Assembly: GCA_018433975.1 (NCBI GenBank)
Contig: JAHDQE010000090.1
Span: forward strand, 8,259 to 72,258
DNA: 64,000 nucleotides
Direction: 5' to 3'
Source: Ornatilinea sp.
Lineage (GTDB): Bacteria; Chloroflexota; Anaerolineae; Anaerolineales; Anaerolineaceae
Numbering within the stretch: position 1 is the stretch's first letter; each line of letters begins with the position of its first letter. Made by a program: the position numbers and the translations under genes. The notes under the pieces were generated by a model. That model was not told the DNA's origin. It searched no databases and worked only from the letters and a program-made list of their open reading frames with translations. This document shows positions 1 to 9,876 of the stretch, piece by piece.

Positions 1-1669
1 GAATTGGCATCACCGGCAAGACCTCAACAGCGTGTGAGACTCTTTCATAAGCTGCCTGACTGAGCAGTATTTGCCCTGCTTTTGCATTTTCCTGAATCCG
101 TTTTGCAGTATTAACACTGTCACCAATTGCCGTGTATTCCACCCGGCTCTCCGTCCCCACCAGGCCAAGAATGGCATCACCTACATGTATCCCAATCCCA
201 AAAGAAAATTGAGATTGAGGCCCCGCATTTTCGTGAAGTTTGTCAACTGCATCCCGAATCGCCAGCGCAGACCTTATCGCTCTCAGCGTATGGTCCGGCT
301 GCTGGATAGGCGCATTGAACCATGCCATCACCGCATCCCCCAGGAATTTATCCACCGTTCCAACCTCTTTTAAAACCGCATCCGCAGCAACAGCCAGGTA
401 ATCATTTAACATTCCAACCAGTTCTTCTGGCTCCACCTGTTCACTGTAGCTTGTAAAACCTCTGATATCTGCAAAGAGCGTGGTGATCTCCGTCCGGCGG
501 CCGCCCAGCTGCAAACTATTCGGATCTAATTGGTCGATCACCGCTGGAGAAACCATTCGCTCAAAAAGCCGGCGTTGGGCCTCAAGGCGTTTTTTCTCTG
601 TCAGGTCCTCTAAAACAATTGCAACCCCTTGAGTTGTTTGTTGCACATCCTTCAATGGGGATAAACTCATACTGAGATCAACCTGTCCCCTCTCCGGAAA
701 AGTAGTGCTGGCCTCTAGCCCTACAACCAGTTCATCCGTTTTCATGACCTGTTTCAAATGGGATCCCAAAAACGGCGACAATGGCTGAATAATTTCATCC
801 AACTCTCTACCGACAATATCTTTAGAGGTACGCCCCAGGATCACTTCCGCAGCATGATTACACATCATAATTCGTTCTTGAATATCCGCCGTAAGTACTC
901 CACTGGCAATAGATGCAAACACGTTATCCATCAAATTCTTTAATGCTGTAACTTCAGCCAAAGTGCGTTTCACAGAATCAAATAACCGTGCATTGGCAAT
1001 CGCAAAAGCTGCCTGGTTTGCAAACGCTGCGAGCAAATCCCTTTCTTTATGCGTGAAGATTCCACTCCGGACTCGATTATCCGTGTAAATAACCCCAATG
1101 ACTTCTTCTTTTATTTTCAATGGGACACAGAGAATGGATCGGAGATTATAAGCCATTATGCTTTCCTGACCGACCAACCGTGGGTCTTCTTGAGCATTTG
1201 TCGTTAACAAGGGCTGCCCTTCTTCAGCCACGCGATTCACAACAGTAGAGCTTAATGCAAAATCAGAAGATTCAATCGATTCATGTTCCCAATTTCTCGC
1301 AATATGGATATTCAATTCCCCTCGATCATCCTTCAACATTAAAAAACCTCTCTCAGCGTTCGTGAGATGGATGATCGTATCCATAACAATTTGAAGAACG
1401 GTTTCCAATTCAAGGGAAGAATTTACATATTGCCCTATTTCAGCAAGGGCTTGCAATCCACTCCGCTCATCCTCAAGGGCTTCAACTTTCTTAAGAATCT
1501 TAGGGAGCCCGGAACTCAACTGGCTTATCCCTTGATACACAATCGGAGGGACTGCCGCCGGCCGACTTTGGAGCAAATATGCCTGCATTTGCTCCACAAC
1601 ACCGAGATAGTGCTTGAATTTATTTTCAAGTGAATCGAAAACGAATGTGTTGGAATTGTTCAATGTCAT
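1..1669 (-). CDS. GAF-PAS-class III adenylate/guanylate cyclase (3' end runs off the window start)
   Basis: Absent from the ORF track because there is no stop in the window. My own reverse translation from the ATG at 1669 gives MTLNNSNTFVFDSLENKF... GAF-like stretch: LELETVLQIVMD...VIGVIYTDNR. PAS-like stretch: FASIASGVLTADIQERIMMCNHAAEVILG. Cyclase motifs: TTLFADIRGFTS, KFLGDAVMAWFNAP, GIGIHVGDAILGLVG, YTAIGDSVNTAKRIQ. Confidence 0.8.
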   Translation of the reverse strand, partial: MTLNNSNTFVFDSLENKFKHYLGVVEQMQAYLLQSRPAAVPPIVYQGISQLSSGLPKILKKVEALEDERSGLQALAEIGQYVNSSLELETVLQIVMDTIIHLTNAERGFLMLKDDRGELNIHIARNWEHESIESSDFALSSTVVNRVAEEGQPLLTTNAQEDPRLVGQESIMAYNLRSILCVPLKIKEEVIGVIYTDNRVRSGIFTHKERDLLAAFANQAAFAIANARLFDSVKRTLAEVTALKNLMDNVFASIASGVLTADIQERIMMCNHAAEVILGRTSKDIVGRELDEIIQPLSPFLGSHLKQVMKTDELVVGLEASTTFPERGQVDLSMSLSPLKDVQQTTQGVAIVLEDLTEKKRLEAQRRLFERMVSPAVIDQLDPNSLQLGGRRTEITTLFADIRGFTSYSEQVEPEELVGMLNDYLAVAADAVLKEVGTVDKFLGDAVMAWFNAPIQQPDHTLRAIRSALAIRDAVDKLHENAGPQSQFSFGIGIHVGDAILGLVGTESRVEYTAIGDSVNTAKRIQENAKAGQILLSQAAYERVSHAVEVLPVMPI

Positions 1670-1708
1670 CTTGAAGGCTCTTATGAATAAACAGAATTTT
1701 TATTTCGA

Positions 1709-4039
1709 TTATACACTACCCAACAAACTTCTTGCCCGTGCGCGCCATATTTTTCCCCAGAGTCTTAATTGGGCAGCTCTGGCTTTTCTAAAATCCGCTT
1801 CATGATTGCTGAAAGTAGCCAAATGAAATTCCCTCAGTAATTTCTCGGCATCCTCACTTGTTTCAGGTAAAACCTCACACAGGAGATTCATTTGATCCTG
1901 AGCCGTAAGGCCCCTCTCCAGCTTAATTCCTAATACCCTCAACATCCATCGGACTTGATAAATCATCCTCTCCATAGGAGTTATTTCTGTCCATCGCGCA
2001 AGATAAACCAGCCACCTCGGAGGCTCAAACCCTTTCCGGATCATATACTTTTCCATCGCTGCGGGAACTCGCAAAACCTTTCCAGTAGATCGGAACTTGC
2101 GAAACGCAAACCACAACAAAACACTGGCAAATAGAACTCCTACCGAGATCAAGATCCACCGGTACGGTTTCGGTGAAAGCGTACCATCCGGCAAAAGTCC
2201 TCCTTCATCATTTAAAACCGGGGCATCCAATGGATCCTCTTCAGATATTTCCCCTTGCAGCTCTCCATTTCGTATGAGGTCCGGGCCTTCTCCGGAAGAC
2301 GAGGTGCCGGCAATCCCTTCACGGAGTTTAATTTCCGGCTGAGATACTGTCGGCTCAAATTCCATCCAGCCTATTCCCGGGAAATAAACCTCTGGCCAGG
2401 CATGGCTGTCTTTTATTCGGACCCGGTATTCATTGGATTTATCCGAGACTTCACCCTGAGCAAACCCCGCCACCATACGAGCCGGAACACCAACAGCCCG
2501 CAGCATCAATACTTCTGAAGTCGCATAGTAATTGCAAAACCCTTTTTTATAGTCGAACAAAAACCACTCAATCGGGTCCTGATTGACCGGTGGAGCATCG
2601 ATCATGTCCACATAGGTTATTTCATTCCGCAAATATTCCGTAATTGCATTTGCCTTATCATAGGGGGTTTCTGCATCCGCAGCAATTTCTTTGGCCAGCT
2701 CAACAATTCGCTCCGAAAAATTTTCCGGCAATTGCAAATAGCGCTTCGTGACCCATTCCGGATATTCTTCCCCTGCGCTTTTTAACTCCATTATAGTAGG
2801 CACACTAACCAGAGAAGCTGCCTGGAATACTTCTCCCGGGCGAAGAACCTGCTCTGTTAAAAGTGCAACCACATCCAGTTTATTATTTTCCGCATCTTGG
2901 GCAACATACCGAGCAGGTCTGCTCACACTTACAGGCACTGCGGGGATGTAAAATATTTGCAGAGAGGCTCCCATTTCAAAGGTAAAGTCCACCCTTTTTT
3001 TACCACTCAAATTGACCAATTCTAAAGGCCATTCATCCGGGTTTATAGATTTTCGTATGCTGAAACGATTGCTCCAATTCCCGTTTTCATAATAATCATA
3101 AGTGTTTCCCCGCCAATAAAAACGCAGGCCGGGCGAGCGCGTTGTCGAAGCTTCAACGTTAAATACAGTTTCATTGCCCATTGCGGTGCCAGATCCTAAT
3201 GCAAGATCATTACCATAAAAATCGCTGACCTTTACCGTATTCCCCTGCAGGCTGACGAACGCATTCTCAAAGCGCTCTCGTATCCAATCCCATGATTGCG
3301 ATGCCTTATTTCGAGCAACTGTCCCCGGAGTAAAAACCTCAACAAAAACAGGAATATTCCACGCTAAAACAACAATCAGAAGAGCACTTATTACAACGCT
3401 CTTCCCCATTCCAGACCCCGTTTCAGAATCTACCGCAATACCATGCTCTCCCCATTTTTTTTGATTTTCCAAAAAATAAATTCTTCCGGCAAGCAAGATA
3501 ACCACTAATACAAACACCCCCGAATATCTGCCCCGATTAACCAGAATGGGGTTATAAAAATCTACAATCAATAGAATCAGCCCGGAGATGAGTACAGGGA
3601 TCCAGGGATTTCCCCTTCGTGTAAATAAATATCCCGCAGATAAACTGATCCCCCAAAACAGCACGGCCATGCTTCCTAAAAACAAAACAGGATCTTGAAT
3701 GGGCTGGTTGTCCAAAAACAAACTCACAGATGCCCCCAACCGCCCCAAAAGGCTCAAGAAACGCTCGGACCAAAGAATTTCACCTTCCATCGTCCGTACT
3801 AACTGCCATGGAATAAAAATAATGGAATAAGCTATGGAAAACCAAAGCACTTGCTTTTTGGAAAAATTACTCTGGCCCAATAACACCCCCAGGCCAAATC
3901 CAATTAAAACTAACAATTCAAGATAATTAAGTTGTTGTGTCCACTCAGTCGCACTCAGCCGGATTACTGATGTCCATAGCGCCACCAATAAAAGAAGAGC
4001 TGCGGGAAAATCCCACCATCGTTTTTGGGAATCCATCAT
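1709..4039 (-). CDS. Transglutaminase-like (TgpA-type) polytopic membrane protein with DUF4129-like C-terminus
   Basis: 776-aa ORF with multiple N-terminal TM helices. Cys-His-Asp core motifs: KKGFCNYYATSEVLMLRAVGVPARMVAGF and DSHAWPEVYFPGIGWMEFEPT. One late TM, then a helical tail. Confidence 0.8.
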   Translation of the reverse strand: MMDSQKRWWDFPAALLLLVALWTSVIRLSATEWTQQLNYLELLVLIGFGLGVLLGQSNFSKKQVLWFSIAYSIIFIPWQLVRTMEGEILWSERFLSLLGRLGASVSLFLDNQPIQDPVLFLGSMAVLFWGISLSAGYLFTRRGNPWIPVLISGLILLIVDFYNPILVNRGRYSGVFVLVVILLAGRIYFLENQKKWGEHGIAVDSETGSGMGKSVVISALLIVVLAWNIPVFVEVFTPGTVARNKASQSWDWIRERFENAFVSLQGNTVKVSDFYGNDLALGSGTAMGNETVFNVEASTTRSPGLRFYWRGNTYDYYENGNWSNRFSIRKSINPDEWPLELVNLSGKKRVDFTFEMGASLQIFYIPAVPVSVSRPARYVAQDAENNKLDVVALLTEQVLRPGEVFQAASLVSVPTIMELKSAGEEYPEWVTKRYLQLPENFSERIVELAKEIAADAETPYDKANAITEYLRNEITYVDMIDAPPVNQDPIEWFLFDYKKGFCNYYATSEVLMLRAVGVPARMVAGFAQGEVSDKSNEYRVRIKDSHAWPEVYFPGIGWMEFEPTVSQPEIKLREGIAGTSSSGEGPDLIRNGELQGEISEEDPLDAPVLNDEGGLLPDGTLSPKPYRWILISVGVLFASVLLWFAFRKFRSTGKVLRVPAAMEKYMIRKGFEPPRWLVYLARWTEITPMERMIYQVRWMLRVLGIKLERGLTAQDQMNLLCEVLPETSEDAEKLLREFHLATFSNHEADFRKARAAQLRLWGKIWRARARSLLGSV

Positions 4040-4094
4040 AGTTTAAGTGTAAAATAAGTTTATTAAATAAGCGCTTACTGAAGGATCTTCGGCA

Positions 4095-5114
4095 ATGGAA
4101 TCACTGCATCTTCTGGAACTTCCAATAATATTGTACCTGCAAAACATTGGAAATTGGTTAACTCTGCCCGCCAGAGTCTTCACAGCCCTGGGCAATGAAG
4201 AATTTTATTTTATGATTCTGCCTGCCCTCTTCTGGTGCATTGATTTTCAACTTGGGATCCGTGTAGGAGTAATGTTAATTTTAACCAACCACATCAATTC
4301 CATTTTCAAACTCATTTTTCATTTACCAAGACCCTATTGGATCAGTTCCAACTTTAAAATATCCATTTCGGAACCCTCTTTCGGGCTTCCATCAGGACAT
4401 GCCCAGAATGCAGCCTCATTATGGGGGCTTGTAGCAACAAAATTGCCCAAAAAATATTCTCCCTTCATCATCCTGATGATATTTTTGATCGGCCTGTCAA
4501 GAATACTGCTTGCAGTCCACTTTATAAGCGATGTGATATCAGGCTGGTTTATTGGTGGATTATTGCTGATACTATTTCTAAAGCTTGAAAAGCCTGTAAA
4601 AACCTGGATAACTGCCCAACCCATCCTCAGATTACACATTCTCTCGATAGCCTTTTCACTGCTATTGATTGCCCTCCCATTCGGATCACTCACCTTGCTG
4701 GACGGCTGGACCATCCCTGAAGCCTGGTTCTTCCACGCCAGACAGTCCATGCCCGGCGCGCTGCCGGATCCATTAAACCTTTCGGGGATAATTTCAATTG
4801 CCGGCGTGTGGTTGGGGATGTCCAATGGTTTATTATTCCTTTTTAACAAATACGGCAAATTTGACACTTCCGGCTCATTGCTCCAAAAAAGTCTACGATA
4901 TAGTATTGGCTTTATTGGTATCATTATAATTTGGTATGGATTGGGGAAAGTATTTCCTCGAACAGATGATTTTTTAGGGTATAGTTTAAGATATATACGA
5001 TATGTCCTGGCAGGTCTATGGATTTCCTATATTGCACCATTGCTCTTTTTTCAACTAAAGTTAGCAGGTCCTAAACGCGACAACAACCAGGCAACAAATT
5101 ATTTGGGAGGCTGA
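4095..5114 (+). CDS. PAP2-family phosphatase (phosphatidic acid / undecaprenyl-PP phosphatase type) with an extra C-terminal membrane domain
   Basis: All three PAP2 motifs are present: KLIFHLPRP (KX6RP), LPSGHAQ (PSGH) and SRILLAVHFISDVISG (SRX5HX3D). AAGGA lies upstream of the ATG. About 170 additional hydrophobic residues follow the PAP2 core. Confidence 0.8.
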   Translation: MESLHLLELPIILYLQNIGNWLTLPARVFTALGNEEFYFMILPALFWCIDFQLGIRVGVMLILTNHINSIFKLIFHLPRPYWISSNFKISISEPSFGLPSGHAQNAASLWGLVATKLPKKYSPFIILMIFLIGLSRILLAVHFISDVISGWFIGGLLLILFLKLEKPVKTWITAQPILRLHILSIAFSLLLIALPFGSLTLLDGWTIPEAWFFHARQSMPGALPDPLNLSGIISIAGVWLGMSNGLLFLFNKYGKFDTSGSLLQKSLRYSIGFIGIIIIWYGLGKVFPRTDDFLGYSLRYIRYVLAGLWISYIAPLLFFQLKLAGPKRDNNQATNYLGG

Positions 5115-5115
5115 T

Positions 5116-5328
5116 ATGCACCGATTTTTAAAATTTATGTTTGGAGCCATTTTAGGAGGCTTCGTAGGAAGCGCAACTGCGCTTCTGCTGGCGCCGTCAT
5201 CAGGAACGGCTCTTCGCGAACAAATTCAACAGAGAGCCCAAAAATTCTGTATGGAAATAGAAGATGCCGGCAAACAAAAACGGGATGAGCTGGAATTAGA
5301 GCTTCAACAGCTGCGATCATCTGATTAG
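5116..5328 (+). CDS. YtxH-domain small membrane-associated protein
   Basis: FMFGAILGGFVGSATALLLAPSSGTALREQI matches the YtxH glycine-zipper/APxSG pattern. A GGAGG RBS sits 5 nt upstream. The start is 1 nt after the PAP2 stop. Confidence 0.65.
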   Translation: MHRFLKFMFGAILGGFVGSATALLLAPSSGTALREQIQQRAQKFCMEIEDAGKQKRDELELELQQLRSSD

Positions 5329-5352
5329 ATATACCGCGGGAACACAAAAGAA

Positions 5353-5392
5353 AAAGCACTTTCATCTGGCAAAATCAATGAAAGTGCTTTTT
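5353..5392. terminator. Bidirectional intrinsic terminator between convergent genes
   Basis: Perfect 13-bp inverted repeat, aaagcactttcat (5353-5365) / atgaaagtgcttt (5378-5390). It is flanked by A-run and T-run sequence. Confidence 0.6.
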
Positions 5393-5412
5393 AATTTAAT
5401 ATTCGTTTATCT

Positions 5413-7446
5413 CTATTGCTCCAAAGGCTCCAGTCGGAACTGATAAGCTGCAGGCTGTCGAGTGAATCGAGTAATCCCACTAATGGTTAGAATTGTCCCA
5501 TCGGAATTGCCTTCAACCGTGAGAGGAAGTGAGAGGGTTCCATCTTCACCCACTTCAAAAGTATCTACCACCACGTCTTTGCCTGATTCGATTCTTGAAA
5601 TCACAAATTTCTGTGGCAAATGGTTTTGAATCCGGACAAATCCTTCACCGAGCCAACCGCCATCATCTTCTTCAAAATCCGTAAAATATCCCGTTTGAGG
5701 GATTTCGATATCATCAAGTAGCAGGCCCTCTCCGTTCACGGCAGCATCCGTTACATATTCAAATTGAATATATACTTTTTTCCCTGCAAACTTTGATAAA
5801 TCAACCTCTTCCAACAACCAGCCATCACTTAATCCATTGTAACCCCATCCATAGCTGTTCCCCGATGGGTCCGTATCCGTGCCCGAAGGGGTCTTGATGA
5901 TCTCCCAGGATTCGCCCGTTTCGGAAGCAACCAGATACAGATAATCATAATCCTCTTCAATATCAAACCAGGTGCGGTAGCGGAGCGTAATCGGCCCTTC
6001 TACATCCGTAAAGTCGAACTCCTGAGACAAGGTCATATCGGATTCATCCCCCTTGTTAGACCAAAACGCATATTCCCCCGAATAGGAATCTTCTGCCATC
6101 ACGCTGGTTTTTGTGGAACCTTCAAAATAAAAAGTCCCGGGGCATTCAATTCGGATGTAATCAGCACCATATTGCGACACAGAACGTTCCTGCCAATCCG
6201 TTTCGCAATCTTCTAAGATTTCAGTATCGTAAGCCTGGGGCGCATCCGGATAGTTAGAATAGCCATATCGCCCATCTTCCACACGAACGTCTTGAAGATA
6301 ATTTGCGACAACCCAATCCGAGAAAAGGCTGTCAGCAGTAAAAGCCTTGCCATTTTTCGGGTCAATCGAATTCAAATCCTGCAAAACCCGATCCACACTA
6401 TCCATGCCATTGTCCGGGTTAGATACAAGTTCCTGCGTGGCAACTTCTCCAAATCGATCCAGAAAATAGGTCACGAATAAAAACGCTGCTCCATAATGGG
6501 GTGTGGTGGCATAGCTTTCATTGGGCCAATCCGTCAGCTGAATATCCGGGCTGTCCATAAAAACAAAATCAAAACCACCCACATCATAACCATTCAAAAA
6601 AGAGGCCAATTCCGAGAAACCCTCATTCAGCCAGGTTTCTTCATTGCGATCCTGATACCAATGGATCATGTGTTGGAATTCATGGGCCAAAACACCTTTT
6701 GTGAATTCCGAATCCCAATCAATGTTATCGGCATTCAAGACAAACATTTCATGAGCATTCGAGAACTCATGGGCCAATGGATGCACCGAATCCGCAGAGG
6801 AAAAATATCCCGCAATCCCCGATCCAATATTTCTTGCAAAAACAATAAACAGGTGAGGATCATTGTCAATTCCAGGCGTCCATTCAGAGCCAAAGAATTC
6901 CCGATTGGTAGGATAAATATGCTCTTCAAATGTATCTACCAATTTGATCAAAGATTCTGATTTATAACTGATCCCATCTTCTATCCAAAAGTAAACATGG
7001 GGAGTCTGATATGCCAGCGTAGTACTTACCTGAAATGATTCATTGGTATCCGTATTTGAAACCCAAAAATCTTTTTGAGTACCTGTTTCATAAACAACAG
7101 GAGCTTCGGTAAGGGTTTCCGGAATATCCTGGATACCTTCCAGCCGTTGCGCCAGATCTCTGGGATCATTCACGGGGACTACTTCATTCTGCAATGTTTC
7201 CAGAGTCTCGTATGCTCCCGAATCGACAGGCTCACGAATTACCTGCACGGTTGGAGTAATCGTCAAAACAGATTCCTGATTATCGTCAGGATTAAGGAAT
7301 TGTTCGGTTGATATAAATCCGCTTACATTCCCATTCTTTGCCCAAATAGCCAGACCACCTGTCAACGCCAAACCAATCGAGATACAACAGCATAAGATTA
7401 CAAAAACCAGTACAATGACTAGAATCCAATTCTTTGACGTGTTCAA
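5413..7446 (-). CDS. Membrane-anchored zinc metallopeptidase (gluzincin-type HExxH...E)
   Basis: N-terminal TM: WILVIVLVFVILCCCISIGLAL. Catalytic motif: VLAHEFQHMIHWYQDRNEETWLNEGFSELASF (HExxH plus a WLNEGF-type third ligand, as in M1-like gluzincins). The TTG start overlaps the upstream stop (TTGA) and is preceded by GAAGGAGA. Confidence 0.65.
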   Translation of the reverse strand: MNTSKNWILVIVLVFVILCCCISIGLALTGGLAIWAKNGNVSGFISTEQFLNPDDNQESVLTITPTVQVIREPVDSGAYETLETLQNEVVPVNDPRDLAQRLEGIQDIPETLTEAPVVYETGTQKDFWVSNTDTNESFQVSTTLAYQTPHVYFWIEDGISYKSESLIKLVDTFEEHIYPTNREFFGSEWTPGIDNDPHLFIVFARNIGSGIAGYFSSADSVHPLAHEFSNAHEMFVLNADNIDWDSEFTKGVLAHEFQHMIHWYQDRNEETWLNEGFSELASFLNGYDVGGFDFVFMDSPDIQLTDWPNESYATTPHYGAAFLFVTYFLDRFGEVATQELVSNPDNGMDSVDRVLQDLNSIDPKNGKAFTADSLFSDWVVANYLQDVRVEDGRYGYSNYPDAPQAYDTEILEDCETDWQERSVSQYGADYIRIECPGTFYFEGSTKTSVMAEDSYSGEYAFWSNKGDESDMTLSQEFDFTDVEGPITLRYRTWFDIEEDYDYLYLVASETGESWEIIKTPSGTDTDPSGNSYGWGYNGLSDGWLLEEVDLSKFAGKKVYIQFEYVTDAAVNGEGLLLDDIEIPQTGYFTDFEEDDGGWLGEGFVRIQNHLPQKFVISRIESGKDVVVDTFEVGEDGTLSLPLTVEGNSDGTILTISGITRFTRQPAAYQFRLEPLEQ

Positions 7447-8945
7447 CTTAAATCTCCTTCACAGCTTTTCTGACCACTTTTAGAGCAAATGAAACCAGAA
7501 AAAGCACCTGTTACAAAACCTAAAGAAATCCAAACGTAGGGAATAGCGAATGAATCAATGCTAAAACCCTCAAAAACAAGGCTGATCAATACTAATTTTC
7601 CCGCAAGTCCCACTGTCTGCCAATCCAACCTGTGATGATTTTCCAGGACTCTTGATGCCTGCCAGATAACATAACACCAACCGATAAAAAAGGCAAAACC
7701 AATGATTCCGGTTTCCGAGAGGAGTCTGACCCACAAGCTTTTGGTATTCAATAAAGCTGAAGAACGGTACATTAAATCACGTACTTCTATTAATTTCCAG
7801 GCAAAAGGGCTCAGTTTTTCGGGGAAGAAATAGCCCGAATTTCCCAATCCCACACCCAGCAGTGGATAATCATTAAAAACATTCCATCCAGCCTGCCAAT
7901 AAATAATTCTGGTTGAAAAGTTCAAAGAATCGGCATATTCCAAAAGAGGATTGTTCGCACCCAGGGATAAGTTAAAAAGATTTTCCATGCGTGGGTCCAA
8001 CTTACTTAGAGCAAACGCTAAAGCAATGAGCAACAATAAATAAACCAGAATTAAAGCAATGTTTATTCCAATTGAAATCCAAACTCGCTTATGAGATCTT
8101 TTTTGCTGATCCAAAGATAGCTGAGAAAAGGCTTTAGCTTCAATCCAATGTACAAACTTGATATTCGCTCGGATCAATAAATATAGAAGCGTCAATAGAA
8201 ATGCGGCTAAACCCACCCGGGAAAATGAAAGCAGTAAAGAAAGCGTACCTCCCACCAGCAGTACATTCTCGACACTAAACTTCCAGATCTTTTTCTGATG
8301 AAAAGTATATCCTTTGATTGTTGCAGCAAGCCAGAATGGAATAAAAAGTATATTAAGCTGATGTGCCAGCCACGAAGGTTCCAGAGCAAAACCTGAGACA
8401 CGATTGTTATAAAGCGGAGCAACCGAATATAAATCATGAAAATCACGCAGCCATTGGGGATAACCGCCCATCACATGCCAGGCCATAAATTGAACAAAGC
8501 ACCAAAATACAACCACAGCTCCGGTGACATTCACCCACTTCATGGATTGGTTCAACTTTTGTTCATTCTGGGAAAAAGCTTGCGTGACAAAATAAAAAGC
8601 CGCACCAATTGCCAAAGTGATCATTGCGACAACAGTGTTTCTGAAAATCGAAATATTTTCATAAGGCGGAAATGTCAGAAAATAAGACCGGACGGTTGCG
8701 ATTAAAGCTACAAGCAGAAAGCCAATGAATGGAATACTGATAAAAGATAATTTTCCCCGCTTTAAAACAAATGGAATAAACCAGACAAAGAATAATACGA
8801 AAAGGAACAACACGGATGGTGATGCAACCGTATCAGACCCAACCAATTTAACAACAGCCGGCATGCTTGTGATTGGAAGAGAAACTAACAATCCAATCCA
8901 TAAGATATTAACGGTTCGCTGCCAGAACTTATGCATCATATTCAA
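7443..8945 (-). CDS. O-antigen ligase/polymerase-like (Wzy_C family) polytopic membrane protein
   Basis: 500 aa with about 10-12 TM helices. Wzy_C-like stretches: LSFSRVGLAAFLLTLLYLLI and GVGLGNSGYFF...LWVRLLSETGIIGF. Confidence 0.6.
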   Translation of the reverse strand: MNMMHKFWQRTVNILWIGLLVSLPITSMPAVVKLVGSDTVASPSVLFLFVLFFVWFIPFVLKRGKLSFISIPFIGFLLVALIATVRSYFLTFPPYENISIFRNTVVAMITLAIGAAFYFVTQAFSQNEQKLNQSMKWVNVTGAVVVFWCFVQFMAWHVMGGYPQWLRDFHDLYSVAPLYNNRVSGFALEPSWLAHQLNILFIPFWLAATIKGYTFHQKKIWKFSVENVLLVGGTLSLLLSFSRVGLAAFLLTLLYLLIRANIKFVHWIEAKAFSQLSLDQQKRSHKRVWISIGINIALILVYLLLLIALAFALSKLDPRMENLFNLSLGANNPLLEYADSLNFSTRIIYWQAGWNVFNDYPLLGVGLGNSGYFFPEKLSPFAWKLIEVRDLMYRSSALLNTKSLWVRLLSETGIIGFAFFIGWCYVIWQASRVLENHHRLDWQTVGLAGKLVLISLVFEGFSIDSFAIPYVWISLGFVTGAFSGFICSKSGQKSCEGDLS

Positions 8946-9719
8946 TTAACATTTTCTTTTGGAAATGCTGAATAACACCGCAAACGAGATCAACAGTCCG
9001 GCTAAACTGCCCCCAAAAACGTACAGATTTTTATCCGCATGGATGGGTGAAACAGGAGATTCGCCGGTAATAGAATTCGTAAACAAGACTCCGGGGAAAA
9101 TTCCTTTGCTCGCGAGCTTTTCTTTTGTCAATTCCCGATTCACTTTCTTAATCTCGGTCTGAATAGAATCCAGATTCGCATAACTGCAGAAAACCTGTCC
9201 GCTATCCAGGGCAACGGACTGCTCCAAACAGCTTACAAGAGATTCCAGATATCCTGTATAACCATCTGCAATCAGCGAGTGGGAATAAGCGATTTCTAAT
9301 TCATTAACTGCTTCTTCTGCCCACAAATTTACCAGATTCGCAGCAACAGCGCTGTCTTCAGCACGCACCCGCAAAATCCATCGAAAATTCTTTCTTTCCA
9401 AAAAAGCGTTATCTCGGAGCGCCAGTTCCGCAGCCAGGCCATCGCTCGATGCCCTGGCTGATACTCTGTTAAGGACCTCCGTTGAACCAATAACATCCCC
9501 TACAATCTCTACAATCTGGTCTTCCTCAATATCCGTCAACAGGCCTGCTCGAGAATAATCAATACCCACAGAAATTACCGAAGAAGATTCAAAAACATCG
9601 GGTTGCAAGGTGTTAAAGAACAGACCGCACACTCCCCCGATAATCATGAACCCGGTGACCAGCCACCAATATTGGATTGTTTTTAAAAACCATTCGACTG
9701 GCGAGTAAGATTCCAACAT
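8946..9719 (-). CDS. Wzz-like polysaccharide chain-length determinant (short PCP, no kinase domain)
   Basis: Two TM helices, N-terminal WWLVTGFMIIGGVCGLFF and C-terminal LYVFGGSLAGLLISFAVLF. A helical extracytoplasmic domain lies between them and a Pro-containing segment precedes TM2. The gene abuts the Wzy-like gene with no gap. Confidence 0.5.
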   Translation of the reverse strand: MLESYSPVEWFLKTIQYWWLVTGFMIIGGVCGLFFNTLQPDVFESSSVISVGIDYSRAGLLTDIEEDQIVEIVGDVIGSTEVLNRVSARASSDGLAAELALRDNAFLERKNFRWILRVRAEDSAVAANLVNLWAEEAVNELEIAYSHSLIADGYTGYLESLVSCLEQSVALDSGQVFCSYANLDSIQTEIKKVNRELTKEKLASKGIFPGVLFTNSITGESPVSPIHADKNLYVFGGSLAGLLISFAVLFSISKRKC

Positions 9720-9807
9720 AAACTCTAATTACCTCTTACAAACTGTTTAATTTCAATCTCGAAAATTATACCGTAATGCATCCGGATTAACTAACTCTTC
9801 ATAATCA

Positions 9808-9850
9808 TAACAAAAAGCGAGTGCTGTCCATCAAATTAGACGCACCCGCT
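9808..9850 (-). terminator. Intrinsic terminator after the Thr/Pro-rich lipoprotein gene
   Basis: On the minus strand, agcgggtgc (loop 17 nt) gcactcgct forms a 9-bp stem with one G-U pair. It is followed by tttttgttat. Confidence 0.45.
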
Positions 9851-9876
9851 TGCTCTACAAAACAATAATCGTTATT

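Noticed and set aside
4334-4924. 196-aa antisense ORF inside the PAP2 gene
   Set aside because: The sense frame carries all three PAP2 catalytic motifs. The antisense product has no motifs and no SD.
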